Under the pieces are notes generated by a model. It saw only the letters and a program-made list of their open reading frames with translations. It had not been told where the DNA came from and ran no database searches. The translations under genes and the position numbers were made by a program. Positions 1-9,071 of a DNA stretch of 64,000 nt are shown piece after piece; within the stretch, counting starts at the first letter, position 1; every line of letters begins with the position of its first letter. The DNA comes from Nitrospinales bacterium (GTDB lineage: Bacteria; Nitrospinota; Nitrospinia; Nitrospinales; VA-1), in contig CBDCWG010000012.1 in NCBI GenBank assembly GCA_965223345.1, positions 1,568,001 through 1,632,000 on the forward strand, in the 5' to 3' direction.

Positions 1-1519
1 GATCGATGTGCCGGATCAGGTAGCGCAGGATGCGCAGCAGGTGTTCCAGCACCGAGTCGCGTTGCGAAGCGGGACGGATCGCGCCGATGAAGGGGTTGTC
101 CTCGACGATCCGGTGGTAGCCGGCCTGCTGGAAAAAAAAGTCGCGGTTGCCGGTGAGCTTCAGGTATTCCACCAGAGTCTGAATCACCCACAGCCCCTGA
201 TCGATGAATTCGCGCGTGTCGGCGATTTCGCTTCCCGGCAGGTACTGCCGCAGGCAGCGGCCGTTCGGGCCGGTGCGCTCCAGCGCTTCGAGGATTTTTT
301 CGCGGGCGGCGGCGGGTGCGAAATACTGGTAGGCTTCCAGCGCCTGGAACACGTCGCGGATGCCGACCAGGGAACGCGGTGCCACCTGCATATAGCCTTT
401 GAGCTCGGAGCAGACGGTGACCTGCTGCTGCAGATTGATCAGAAACGGAAAAAAATCCCGGTCCCGGATCTCGCTGCGCTCGGGATCGAAAGCGCCGTGC
501 ATGTGCAGCGCCTTAAGCCGCTGCATGTTGCTTCTGGCGACCCGGTTCACTATGCGGTCCACGTATTCTGGGCGCACCGCTTTGCCAAACCCGGATGCGC
601 GTCTGGGTGCGCCGGTGGTTCTCTGATAGATGTAATCCAGCCGCAAGCCGCTATCGGCTGCGGTTGCGAAAAACAGGGCGTTGGCGAAGACGCCCCGGTC
701 GTTGAACACGGTTTCGCCGCGTTGCCTGGGGAAATGCGGCCGGTGAAAGGATTCGGCGTCATTCAGGTTGCGGTTGCCGCCGCCGACAAATTCCTGCCGC
801 GATGTGGTGGTTTCGTAGCCCTCGATGCGCATTCCGGGCGCAAGCGTTGCGCTTCCGCGCAATTCGGAGCGGTGCGTGTGGGAGGTGAGCCGGTCCGGAT
901 CCTCGTGTACGGTGAACGTCCCCGGAAATAGTTGCTGCGACGAATTTCCCTGCGCCCGCAACTCGGGGCGGGTTTTCGCCGTGAGAAACCAGCGGTCCTC
1001 GTCGGTTTTGCCGAGGCCGGTTTTTTCCTGCGGCGCGAAGTAGCTCAGCAGCCGGCAGTTGGTTTGCGCCGTGTCGAAGTGGAGAAAAAGCGAAAACAAC
1101 AGCTCGTTTTGGGGGCTGGCGCTGACCCGCACGGTGGAACGGATGCCGTGTTCTTGGCTGATGTAATAGGTCGCGTGGGGGGTGAACACGGTGGCGCGGT
1201 CGGCCTGCTGCGAAAGGAAAGGTACCGGCAAAAGGGAACGGATCGCATCGCCCGTATGGAGAAAAAAAGCGATGGCGGGTTCTTCGCCTTCCTTGGTGAC
1301 CGGAAACAACTGATGCAAACCGTCGGAAGCGTAGAGGTATCCGTCGGCCTGGCACCACAAGGTGAATCCGTTGCACCCGTAGACAAACCGGCCTTGCGGC
1401 GAATCGCCCAGCGTGACGCCGCCGCCTTCGGGAAGAAAATAATACCCGCGCGGGTTTTCCTCACGGACTTCGAGGGCCTGGACGGCGGCGCTCACATCTT
1501 CGGGAATCCATCGGGTCAT
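1..1519 (-). CDS. GH94-family glycoside phosphorylase-like protein (cellobiose/chitobiose phosphorylase type), 3' end beyond the window
   Basis: Absent from the ORF track because it has no stop in the window. Manual minus-strand translation from ATG 1519 (MTRWIPEDVSAAVQALE...) stays open to base 1. It contains GH94-like motifs GIRDVFQALEAY, FIDQGLWVIQTLVEYLKLTGNRDF and SVLEHLLRILRYL. Confidence 0.75.
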   Translation of the reverse strand, partial: MTRWIPEDVSAAVQALEVREENPRGYYFLPEGGGVTLGDSPQGRFVYGCNGFTLWCQADGYLYASDGLHQLFPVTKEGEEPAIAFFLHTGDAIRSLLPVPFLSQQADRATVFTPHATYYISQEHGIRSTVRVSASPQNELLFSLFLHFDTAQTNCRLLSYFAPQEKTGLGKTDEDRWFLTAKTRPELRAQGNSSQQLFPGTFTVHEDPDRLTSHTHRSELRGSATLAPGMRIEGYETTTSRQEFVGGGNRNLNDAESFHRPHFPRQRGETVFNDRGVFANALFFATAADSGLRLDYIYQRTTGAPRRASGFGKAVRPEYVDRIVNRVARSNMQRLKALHMHGAFDPERSEIRDRDFFPFLINLQQQVTVCSELKGYMQVAPRSLVGIRDVFQALEAYQYFAPAAAREKILEALERTGPNGRCLRQYLPGSEIADTREFIDQGLWVIQTLVEYLKLTGNRDFFFQQAGYHRIVEDNPFIGAIRPASQRDSVLEHLLRILRYLIRHID

Positions 1520-1841
1520 ATCTCAAGCGGGTTTGGGGAGTGGATGCGTGCCTGACTGGAAAACGCCGTAGCGGGGCCGGTGTGCCGAAAGGGCCTTGAG
1601 TCTATAATACCATTAATATCAATAATTTATAAGCGTGTTTGCGGATTGTGCCCGTCGCTGAGGCTCTCGCACCGGCCGGCGCCGCCCGGCCGGAGCGGGG
1701 AGGGCTGAAAAACGGGGCTTTAGATCTAAATTATTGTTTTTAAATGATTTTTTCGTTATTCTGGGTGTTCGGAAAACAAAATGGAATCTTCAATCCGGCG
1801 GGTTTTTCGGACCCTTTCCGGCGAAACATCAGGGGCACGCG

Positions 1842-2537
1842 ATGCACGAAAAAAAACTCAAGGTGAAGGCGCTGACACCGGACAGCACGGTCAAAGCGCT
1901 GGTGGTGGACGATGAGGAAATGAACCGGGTGCTGTTGATCGATGCGCTGGAAGCGATCGGCGTGAAAGTCCGGCATGCGGTGAACGGACGCGAGGCGATG
2001 GAGCGGATCGGAGAGGAAGCGCCGGACATCATTTTCCTGGACCTCAGAATGCCCGTCATGGACGGGATGGAAACGCTGCACCGCATCAATGAAGATTACG
2101 GCTACCGCCGTTTCCACATCATCGGCACGTCCGCTTCCGATTCTCCGATGCAGAGAAACGAGTTTTTGCAGACGGGGTGCATTTCCCTAGTGCCCAAACC
2201 CTTCCGGTTGAATCAGATTTTCGACTGCATCCAGCAGCTTCCGGGTGTGGAGTTGATTTACCAGGAGGATGCCGACGCGGCCGATGGCGGCTCGCCGGAG
2301 GAAGCCATCGATCACGCTTCGATCCGGGTTCCCGCCGAACAGTTTCTCGCTTTGAAAGATGCTATCGAACAGGACGACGTATCCGGTGTGCGGAAGATCC
2401 TGGATCGTCTTCAACTGGAGGGGGACCGGGAGAACCGCTTGTTGGCCCAGCTGATGGTCTGGGCCGAGACCTCCGAGTTGGAGGCGATTTTAGCGGCTCT
2501 GGAAAAATGCCTCATCGCCGGCATCGGCCACGACTGA
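1842..2537 (+). CDS. Response regulator receiver protein with helical C-terminal extension
   Basis: Receiver motifs ALVVDD, IFLDLRMPVMDG and VPKPF; ATG 1842 follows AGGGG. Confidence 0.85.
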   Translation: MHEKKLKVKALTPDSTVKALVVDDEEMNRVLLIDALEAIGVKVRHAVNGREAMERIGEEAPDIIFLDLRMPVMDGMETLHRINEDYGYRRFHIIGTSASDSPMQRNEFLQTGCISLVPKPFRLNQIFDCIQQLPGVELIYQEDADAADGGSPEEAIDHASIRVPAEQFLALKDAIEQDDVSGVRKILDRLQLEGDRENRLLAQLMVWAETSELEAILAALEKCLIAGIGHD

Positions 2538-3012
2538 GAACACCTTCTCTCCGCTAAGGCTCGAGCGATCGGCCCCGGTCGATGGTTCCTTCCCCGCCTT
2601 TTCACCACTGCCGAAATCTTTACCGGATCGCCCCGATTCTCCGTGATTTTTCACATCACCCCGACAGCAAGCTGGATTCGAACCCGGGAAAAGCCGGGAG
2701 TGGCCATTTTGGGCGATATTCGCCTAAGCTTTTGAAATGGCGGCACTCGTGCCGGGAGGGGCCCGCCAGATACACGGAGGAGTCAAACAAAGTATTACAA
2801 ATATTGGCGTGTTCGGATGATTTTTTACAGCCGCAAAACATATAATGATTAAGAAATCAAAGGACTTATTGGGGGCGGGTCCAACCGATAGCGATTCATG
2901 TGATTCGTAGGCCATACAGACAGAACGATAGAAGGTGGCTGCCTTTGGCTGCATTGATCATGGAATCGGTGCAGCCATTTTTTTTGCACTCGAACACCCA
3001 AAATGACTTTCC

Positions 3013-3609
3013 GTGAAATCCTCCAGAAATAAAATCCCTTCCAGTTTCTTCCTCGGGAGTTTCTTCGCACTCCTGTTTCTGGCGATCCCTATTCTTTTTG
3101 CGTTTCCCAAATCCTACGCGGCGGAAGCCGAATCGCGGGAATACGTTCTCAAAGCCGGATTCATCTACAACTTCACGAAATTCATCGATTGGCCCAGAAA
3201 GACAAAAGCGGATATTAAAGCCGAAGGATACCGGTTTTGTGTGGTCGGCCGGGACCCTTTCGGCGAAATACTGGACCGTCTCGCGGAAAAACTGAAGCGT
3301 AAAAACAAGGCGTTGATCATCCAGCCCCAAGTTTCTTTAGAGGAGGTATCGCGATGTCACATTCTGTTCATCGGAAAATCGGAAAAATCCCGAGTCGATC
3401 AGATTCTGGCGTGGGTGGACGGTTTGCCTGTCCTGGTGGTCGGGGACACGCCGGGTTATGCCCAAAAAGGAGTGGGGATCAATTTTTTCATACTGGGAAA
3501 TAAAATCCGTTTTGAAATCAATCGAAACGCGGTGGAAAAAGCCGGTTTGCAGGTCAGTTCCGAGTTGCTGAACCTTGCCAAAATCGTTTCAGGGAGGGAA
3601 GACCGATGA
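3013..3609 (+). CDS. yfiR: YfiR-family periplasmic regulator
   Basis: Signal peptide, EYVLKAGFIYNFTKFIDWP, two Cys, and C-terminal FEIN...AGLQVSSELLNLAK typical of YfiR/DUF4154. Overlaps the next gene by ATGA. Confidence 0.85.
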   Translation: MKSSRNKIPSSFFLGSFFALLFLAIPILFAFPKSYAAEAESREYVLKAGFIYNFTKFIDWPRKTKADIKAEGYRFCVVGRDPFGEILDRLAEKLKRKNKALIIQPQVSLEEVSRCHILFIGKSEKSRVDQILAWVDGLPVLVVGDTPGYAQKGVGINFFILGNKIRFEINRNAVEKAGLQVSSELLNLAKIVSGREDR

Positions 3610-5447
3610 TGCGTATGCGCAACCTTCCCATTCAGAAAAAATTGATACTCATCGTGCTGGTGATCACGGTGCCCGCCTTGCTGCTGTTCAGCGGTGTTTT
3701 TATTTACAACGATTTGAAAAGCGTGAAAAAGGAGATGGTGCGCAATCTCACGGTGCTCGCCAGTGCGGTGGGGGCGAACAGCCGGGCGGCGCTGGTTTTT
3801 CGCGACGAAGCCGCGGCAGAGAATATCCTGTCCTCGCTGACAAACGAACCGCAGATCGTCTCCGCGGCGCTTTTCTATACGAACGATTCCGTCTTTGTGA
3901 CGTTTATGCCCGATCCTTCGGCGCCGTTCGATCCACCCACTCACCTGAAAGCCGGGGAGTATGTTTTCGGCGATCGGATCGAGATCGTCCTGGATATTTT
4001 CCTGGATGAAGAACGGGTGGGGAAGATCTACCTCAATGCGCACCTGCAGGAGTTTAAAATTCGAGCCGTCAACTATGTCCTGTTCATGCTGGTGATTTTG
4101 CTGGCGATCCTGGCGGTTGCGTTTTCGGCGACATTGAAACTGCAAAATATCATTTCAAAACCGATTCTGGCTCTGGCGAGGACCGCGACCGAGATCTCCA
4201 TGACCTCGAACTATTCCCTGCGTGTGAAGCACGACAATGAGGATGAAATCGGGACGTTGTACGCGGGGTTCAATGAAATGCTGTCGCAAATCGAGAAGAG
4301 GGAAAACGAGCTGGGAACCTACCGGGATCACCTGGAAGAAAAAATCGTGGAGTGCAACCTGGCGGGTGAAGAGCTGAAAAAAAGCGAGGAATCGATACGA
4401 ACCATTCTGGACAACGCGTTCGATGCGATCATCACGATGAATTCGGAGGGCATCATCACGAACTGGAATCAACGGGCCGCCTCCATATTCGGCTGGCACG
4501 CGAACGAGGTGATCGGGAAAAAACTGGTCGATTTGATCATTCCATCGCAATACAAGGCTGCGCACACAAGCGGGCTCACACGGTTTTTGAAGACCGGGGA
4601 GCATGAAATCCTGAACAAACAGATCCAGTTGACGGCCCTCAACAAGAGCGGCAGGACGTTTCCGGTCGAGATTGCGGTCTCTGCCATTCAAAGAGACAAT
4701 ACCTATATGTTCACTGGCATCATCCGCGACATCACCCAGCGCAAGCAGGCGGAAGGGGAGCTGTTGACCTCGCGGGAGCGGCTGCGGAATCTGAGCAACC
4801 GGCTGCAATCGGCGCGCGAGGAGGAAAAAACACGGATCGCCCGTGAAATTCACGATGAACTGGGACAGGCTCTGACCATGCTGAAACTGGATTGGAGCTG
4901 GATTGAGAAGCGGCTGCCCTCCAGGGACGATGTGGTGATCGACAAAGCCCGGTCGATGATGGTCCTGATTGAAGATACGATCCAAATCGTGCAGAGGATA
5001 TCCAGCGAGCTGCGTCCGCAAATGCTCGACATCCTGGGTCTTTGCGACACGTTGAAATGGCAGACCAAGGAATTTCAGAAGCGAACCGGGATTTACTGTA
5101 CGTTGAACATAGAGCCGGATCAGTTTCCGGTGGATTCCGAACGGTCCACCGCTTTGTTCCGGATTTATCAGGAAGCATTGATCAATGTGGTGCGCCATGC
5201 CGAAGCCAGCAAAGTGGAGACTTGTTTCCGCAAAGAAAACGGCACACTGGTTCTCGAGGTGAAGGACGATGGCATTGGGATGGATGAGAGCTTGTTGGAA
5301 AATCCACAGTCTCTGGGGTTGATCGGAATTCGGGAACGCATCCTGGTCTGGCGGGGAAAAATGCAGCTTGAAAGCGTTTTGGGAGAAGGCACCACTCTTA
5401 AAGTAACCATTCCTATTGGTGAGGAGCCGTCCAATGAAAAAGGATAA
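3606..5447 (+). CDS. Membrane sensor histidine kinase (periplasmic CHASE8-like domain, HAMP, PAS, HisKA_3, HATPase)
   Basis: Two TM helices, HAMP (DEIGTLYAGFNEML), PAS, H-box RIAREIHDELGQ, QEALINVVRHA and DDGIG. Confidence 0.9.
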   Translation: MMRMRNLPIQKKLILIVLVITVPALLLFSGVFIYNDLKSVKKEMVRNLTVLASAVGANSRAALVFRDEAAAENILSSLTNEPQIVSAALFYTNDSVFVTFMPDPSAPFDPPTHLKAGEYVFGDRIEIVLDIFLDEERVGKIYLNAHLQEFKIRAVNYVLFMLVILLAILAVAFSATLKLQNIISKPILALARTATEISMTSNYSLRVKHDNEDEIGTLYAGFNEMLSQIEKRENELGTYRDHLEEKIVECNLAGEELKKSEESIRTILDNAFDAIITMNSEGIITNWNQRAASIFGWHANEVIGKKLVDLIIPSQYKAAHTSGLTRFLKTGEHEILNKQIQLTALNKSGRTFPVEIAVSAIQRDNTYMFTGIIRDITQRKQAEGELLTSRERLRNLSNRLQSAREEEKTRIAREIHDELGQALTMLKLDWSWIEKRLPSRDDVVIDKARSMMVLIEDTIQIVQRISSELRPQMLDILGLCDTLKWQTKEFQKRTGIYCTLNIEPDQFPVDSERSTALFRIYQEALINVVRHAEASKVETCFRKENGTLVLEVKDDGIGMDESLLENPQSLGLIGIRERILVWRGKMQLESVLGEGTTLKVTIPIGEEPSNEKG

Positions 5448-6078
5448 GATCCGGGTCGTCATTGCGGACGACCATGCTTTTCTGCGCAGGGGGTTGATGC
5501 AGATCATTTCCGAGACTCCCGATATCACCGTGGTTGCGGAGGCGGAAAACGGCAATGAACTGTTGGAGAAAATCAGGAAGATCGATCTCGACGTGGTGGT
5601 GATGGATGTGGGGATGCCGGAGAAAAGCGGCTGGGATGTGATGATCCAGTTGAAAGTCGAGCAGCCCAAATTGCCGGTGATCATTTTGAGCGTCTTCCCT
5701 GAAGAGGATTACGCCACCAAATTTTTTAAAGCCGGCGCTTCGAGTTATTTGAGCAAAACGAGTGCGCCCGAGCTGCTGGTGGAAGCCATACGCAAAGTGG
5801 CCAAAGGCGGCAAGTTCATCAGCCCCAATCTGGCCGAACAGATTGCCATCGAGCTGGGAAGCGACTCCAGCCGCAAACCGCATCAAGCCCTTTCACCCAG
5901 AGAGTTTCAGATCTTCACCCTCATCGCCTCCGGGAAAACCGTGAAGGAGATCGCCTGCGAGCTGTCATTGAGCGTTCCCACGATCAGCACGCACCGGGCC
6001 CGTATTCTCGAAAAAATGGAAATGAAAACCAATGCTCAACTGACCCATTACGCTTTTAAAAACAACCTAGTTGAGTGA
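5434..6078 (+). CDS. NarL/LuxR-family response regulator
   Basis: IADDH receiver motif and C-terminal HTH LSPREFQIF...TISTHRARILEKM; GAGGAG RBS; coupled to the kinase gene. Confidence 0.92.
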   Translation: MKKDKIRVVIADDHAFLRRGLMQIISETPDITVVAEAENGNELLEKIRKIDLDVVVMDVGMPEKSGWDVMIQLKVEQPKLPVIILSVFPEEDYATKFFKAGASSYLSKTSAPELLVEAIRKVAKGGKFISPNLAEQIAIELGSDSSRKPHQALSPREFQIFTLIASGKTVKEIACELSLSVPTISTHRARILEKMEMKTNAQLTHYAFKNNLVE

Positions 6079-6311
6079 TCGCCCCTCTTATCACCTCCCG
6101 CCTTTGTCCGTTAGACAGGGACGTTTCCCCTCAAAGTGGCTCTTGCCTCTCTGTCATTCAAACAATGATGAAAATTCCTGTGAATACTTGATGGGAAAAG
6201 CATGGTTTCGTCTATACCCCCGGTTCCGAAAAAGATTTAATTTGGCTGCAAACAGAATGGAGTGGTCGAAGTTCTTACCCGAAAAACCATTCTCTATTTA
6301 GGGGGCACATC

Positions 6312-6395
6312 ATGAATTATGAATCGGTGTTCATCGTTGGCATCCCGCTTGTCTATTTCTTCGTTTGCCTTCTGGTTCTTTGGATCCGATGGTGA
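6312..6395 (+). CDS. Putative 27-aa single-TM small protein (MNYESVFIVGIPLVYFFVCLLVLWIRW)
   Basis: AGGGGG RBS-like motif before the ATG; almost entirely hydrophobic; shorter than any ORF in the supplied track. Confidence 0.45.
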   Translation: MNYESVFIVGIPLVYFFVCLLVLWIRW

Positions 6396-6610
6396 CCGAG
6401 TTCCTCGATGCTTTGGAGATGCATGAGACGTTGCAGGCGCAAGCCGGCTTCGGGCCATGCCACGGCGGATGAACAACCGTTCACGTGGCGTCCGTTGTCG
6501 TGGATAAATAAATCATCGAGAGGCCCCGGGATGAGGGAAAGTTCAGTCAGGGGGGACGACGATTTCTTGTCCCGGGTTCTCTTTCTAATATTGTAAAGCA
6601 GATGAAAGCG

Positions 6611-6762
6611 GAACTTGCCGCATCTCGGAACTCCTCTCTTCCCAATGTGGAGAGTACCTCCGATCTAAACCCGTTCACGCCAGGAACCGGGGTTAGCACA
6701 GACTCACTTCAGGCTCGATGATCTGCATCGGGGGGAGGGGACTCCGAGATGCAAACAGGTTC
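6611..6762 (+). ncRNA. Candidate rod-like structured RNA or 5' leader
   Basis: Nested complementary arms GAACTTG/CAGGTTC, GCATCTCGGA/TCCGAGATGC, TCCTCTCTTCCC/GGGGGGAGGGGA and ATGTGGA/TCTGCAT, plus inner hairpin 6665-6696. G-U wobbles form on the + strand. Confidence 0.5.
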
Positions 6763-6786
6763 AGACGGAAGAGAAAGGAGAGACCC

Positions 6787-7194
6787 ATGTGCAAGGGAAC
6801 GATTCTGGTGATCGACGACGAACAAGACGTCCGCGACATTTTGCAATACCACCTTGGAAAGCAGAACTACCGGGTCTTGGCGGCTGAAAACGGAGAGGAG
6901 GCCATGGGCATTCTTCGCCGGGAAGACAACCGGGTCCATGTCGGGTTGATCTTTTGCGACATCCGCATGCCCAAAGTGAATGGAATCGAGTGCATCGATT
7001 TTTTAAAAAAGGAGGCCCCGGATATACCGGTGGTTGTCCTGACGGGCTACCCAGACATGGAAATGGAAGTCGCCATGATGAAAAAGGGAGTGAAAGAATA
7101 CCTGGTCAAGCCGATAGAGCGGAAAGAATTGATTCAAAAAACCGAAGCGCTGGTGGCGGCGGGAAAGGAGATGGGGTATCAGCGGGGGCTGTGA
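6787..7194 (+). CDS. Single-domain (CheY-like) response regulator
   Basis: ILVIDDE, CDIRMPKVNG and YLVKP; AGGAG RBS. Confidence 0.9.
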   Translation: MCKGTILVIDDEQDVRDILQYHLGKQNYRVLAAENGEEAMGILRREDNRVHVGLIFCDIRMPKVNGIECIDFLKKEAPDIPVVVLTGYPDMEMEVAMMKKGVKEYLVKPIERKELIQKTEALVAAGKEMGYQRGL

Positions 7195-7574
7195 GTGAAA
7201 TTGTTGGACCGATAGGGCAATTGCTTCAAGCTGGGTTATGGGAAAGGGCAACCCTTGTGAATAGTTGCAATCTTAAAATTGGGCAAAAAAGGCTCACTTG
7301 CGGCTCTTGACAGAAACAAGGGGCGGCCTTAAATTCCGGGCATCCCCCCCACAACCTTAAAAGTCGGGTTCGTTCAAGGATACAGCCTATGATTGTCGCT
7401 GACCGCCTGTAAACCTCAAGTCGCTCCGGAATAGAAAATTGATTTCAAGTAGCCTGCTGAGAGTGAGGAACGCTAAAGGTGCGCCTCCATTCGGGTCCGA
7501 TCAGGCTTTCTTTCAATATTCAACGATTAGCTTCGTTCGCCAATTATTGCAGGTCACATAGCTGAGGGAAACTC

Positions 7575-8096
7575 ATGGACATCACTTTTGGTGAAGGATA
7601 TAGCGTCCACAATGCGAAACGACATTGCGTTTGTGTGCAGGATTCAATAGATATATTGCAAATTCATGGTGTTGGCACACCACACGCTCACCATCGAGTT
7701 TATCAAATATTTCAAGCGCTTGGATTCGCGACTTCCGTACCCGTCTATTATGGGAACGTCGGAAATGCTGCGTCATACAGATCATCCTCGATTTGCTACA
7801 TAGTATACAACAGTAGATTTTTTAGTCGATTGCACCCTGTCTATCCGGTTATTCCGATCATCATTCTCGCGCATGAAGTCGGTCATATCGTGGGGCGGTA
7901 TCAGGAAAGCCCCAATTCACATATTCGTGAATTGGAGGCAGATAGAATATCAGGATATGTCATGAAAAAATTCGGAGCTACCGCTGAACAGGCGATATTA
8001 AAGCAAAAACTATTTCCTAACAAAGCCAGTTCCAGTCATCCCAGTAGTGCACTGAGAAAACAGGCCATACTGGAAGGGTACAACGCATGCCCTTAA
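7575..8096 (+). CDS. Putative zinc metallopeptidase (M48-like HEXXH), possibly N-terminally truncated
   Basis: ILAHEVGH, RELEAD and SHP motifs; AT-richer codon usage than the flanks. Confidence 0.65.
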   Translation: MDITFGEGYSVHNAKRHCVCVQDSIDILQIHGVGTPHAHHRVYQIFQALGFATSVPVYYGNVGNAASYRSSSICYIVYNSRFFSRLHPVYPVIPIIILAHEVGHIVGRYQESPNSHIRELEADRISGYVMKKFGATAEQAILKQKLFPNKASSSHPSSALRKQAILEGYNACP

Positions 8097-8250
8097 GGGC
8101 AATAATTACGATTTGACAGCACATGATTTTAATGCATGAAAATCGTTCTGTGTGCATGGATCTAATCGGTTCAATAATGTTCTAGCTGCTCTTCAAGCTT
8201 TATTGATGAGTATTTGTTAATTAATTGCAAACTAAGGAGAAGGAGAGTGA

Positions 8251-8499
8251 ATGATGATGTCCATTGATAAAATCAGAAAACAAGTAGATGATGATCTGTT
8301 TGAGAGAATTGAACTATACCAAACGAATCCCCAGTTTCAAAAAGCGGTCAGCGAGAATCCCGCTATACTTGTTGCCGGTCTTAATTTTGAACAAGCTTCG
8401 TTACTCGTGGAACTCACAAAATTCCTTGGTGTTTTTGGCCAACGGAAAAGTGGCGGTGGTGTTTCTTTTGATCCCCCCCCTTGGCATTGGCCCGGCTAA
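8251..8499 (+). CDS. Hypothetical protein
   Basis: Strong AAGGAG RBS; 82-aa ORF in an AT-rich islet. Confidence 0.55.
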   Translation: MMMSIDKIRKQVDDDLFERIELYQTNPQFQKAVSENPAILVAGLNFEQASLLVELTKFLGVFGQRKSGGGVSFDPPPWHWPG

Positions 8500-8553
8500 G
8501 CCAGAGCTTGAATGCTTTGTGCTATAAATTTTTTGTCATTGCTCACACGCTTA

Positions 8554-8588
8554 GGGCACCTCTAAAAATTAATTTTTTAGAGGTGCCC
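8554..8588. repeat. Perfect 15-bp inverted repeat GGGCACCTCTAAAAA-ttaat-TTTTTAGAGGTGCCC (possible IS-end or MITE remnant)
   Basis: Palindrome read directly from the sequence, preceded by TTA. Confidence 0.7.
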
Positions 8589-9071
8589 AGCAGGATTGTT
8601 CATAATCTGATTTATGGTTCGTGATTCAGCCTTGCAAACACCCTGTATGTTGTAAATTCTCTTTGCTCATCTTCATTCGCATTCTTGTTCTCTGGTCGAT
8701 ATTTAAAATCGGGACACCGATACTCTTAATAAGCCATTAAGCTTTTTTCGCAAAGAATTCATCCTCGTTCGATTGCCCTCCCATCGTTACAACGGACCCA
8801 TCCTGTTCCCTGCGCAGTGATTTATAAAAGCCAAATCAATAAATTAACCTCTTTCTGTTTCTGCAGAACAGACAGTCCGATATTAGAAATTCATGAAAAA
8901 TAGATTCATCGCTGATTGAAATGCAGGAACGAAAAAATATCGCATAAGAAATAAGATGTAGTTTCGAAATAATGTAATGTCAAATTATTGATATTATGTC
9001 TATTTAGACATATAATTAATTTTTGAAAATCATCCCCCTATGTTAGAAACCAAAAAACGCTGGGAAGGATT

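Noticed and set aside
8..1555. Plus-strand ORFs 8-931 and 932-1555
   Set aside because: Antisense shadows of the minus-strand GH94-like gene; no motifs recognised.
2660..2700. GGTTCGAATCC T-loop-like motif on the minus strand suggesting a tRNA
   Set aside because: The T-stem does not pair, and no acceptor or anticodon arm can be built.
7340..7400. Weak resemblance to the 6S RNA 3' segment (GTTCAAGGATACAGCCT)
   Set aside because: I found no complementary 5' arm or rod structure.
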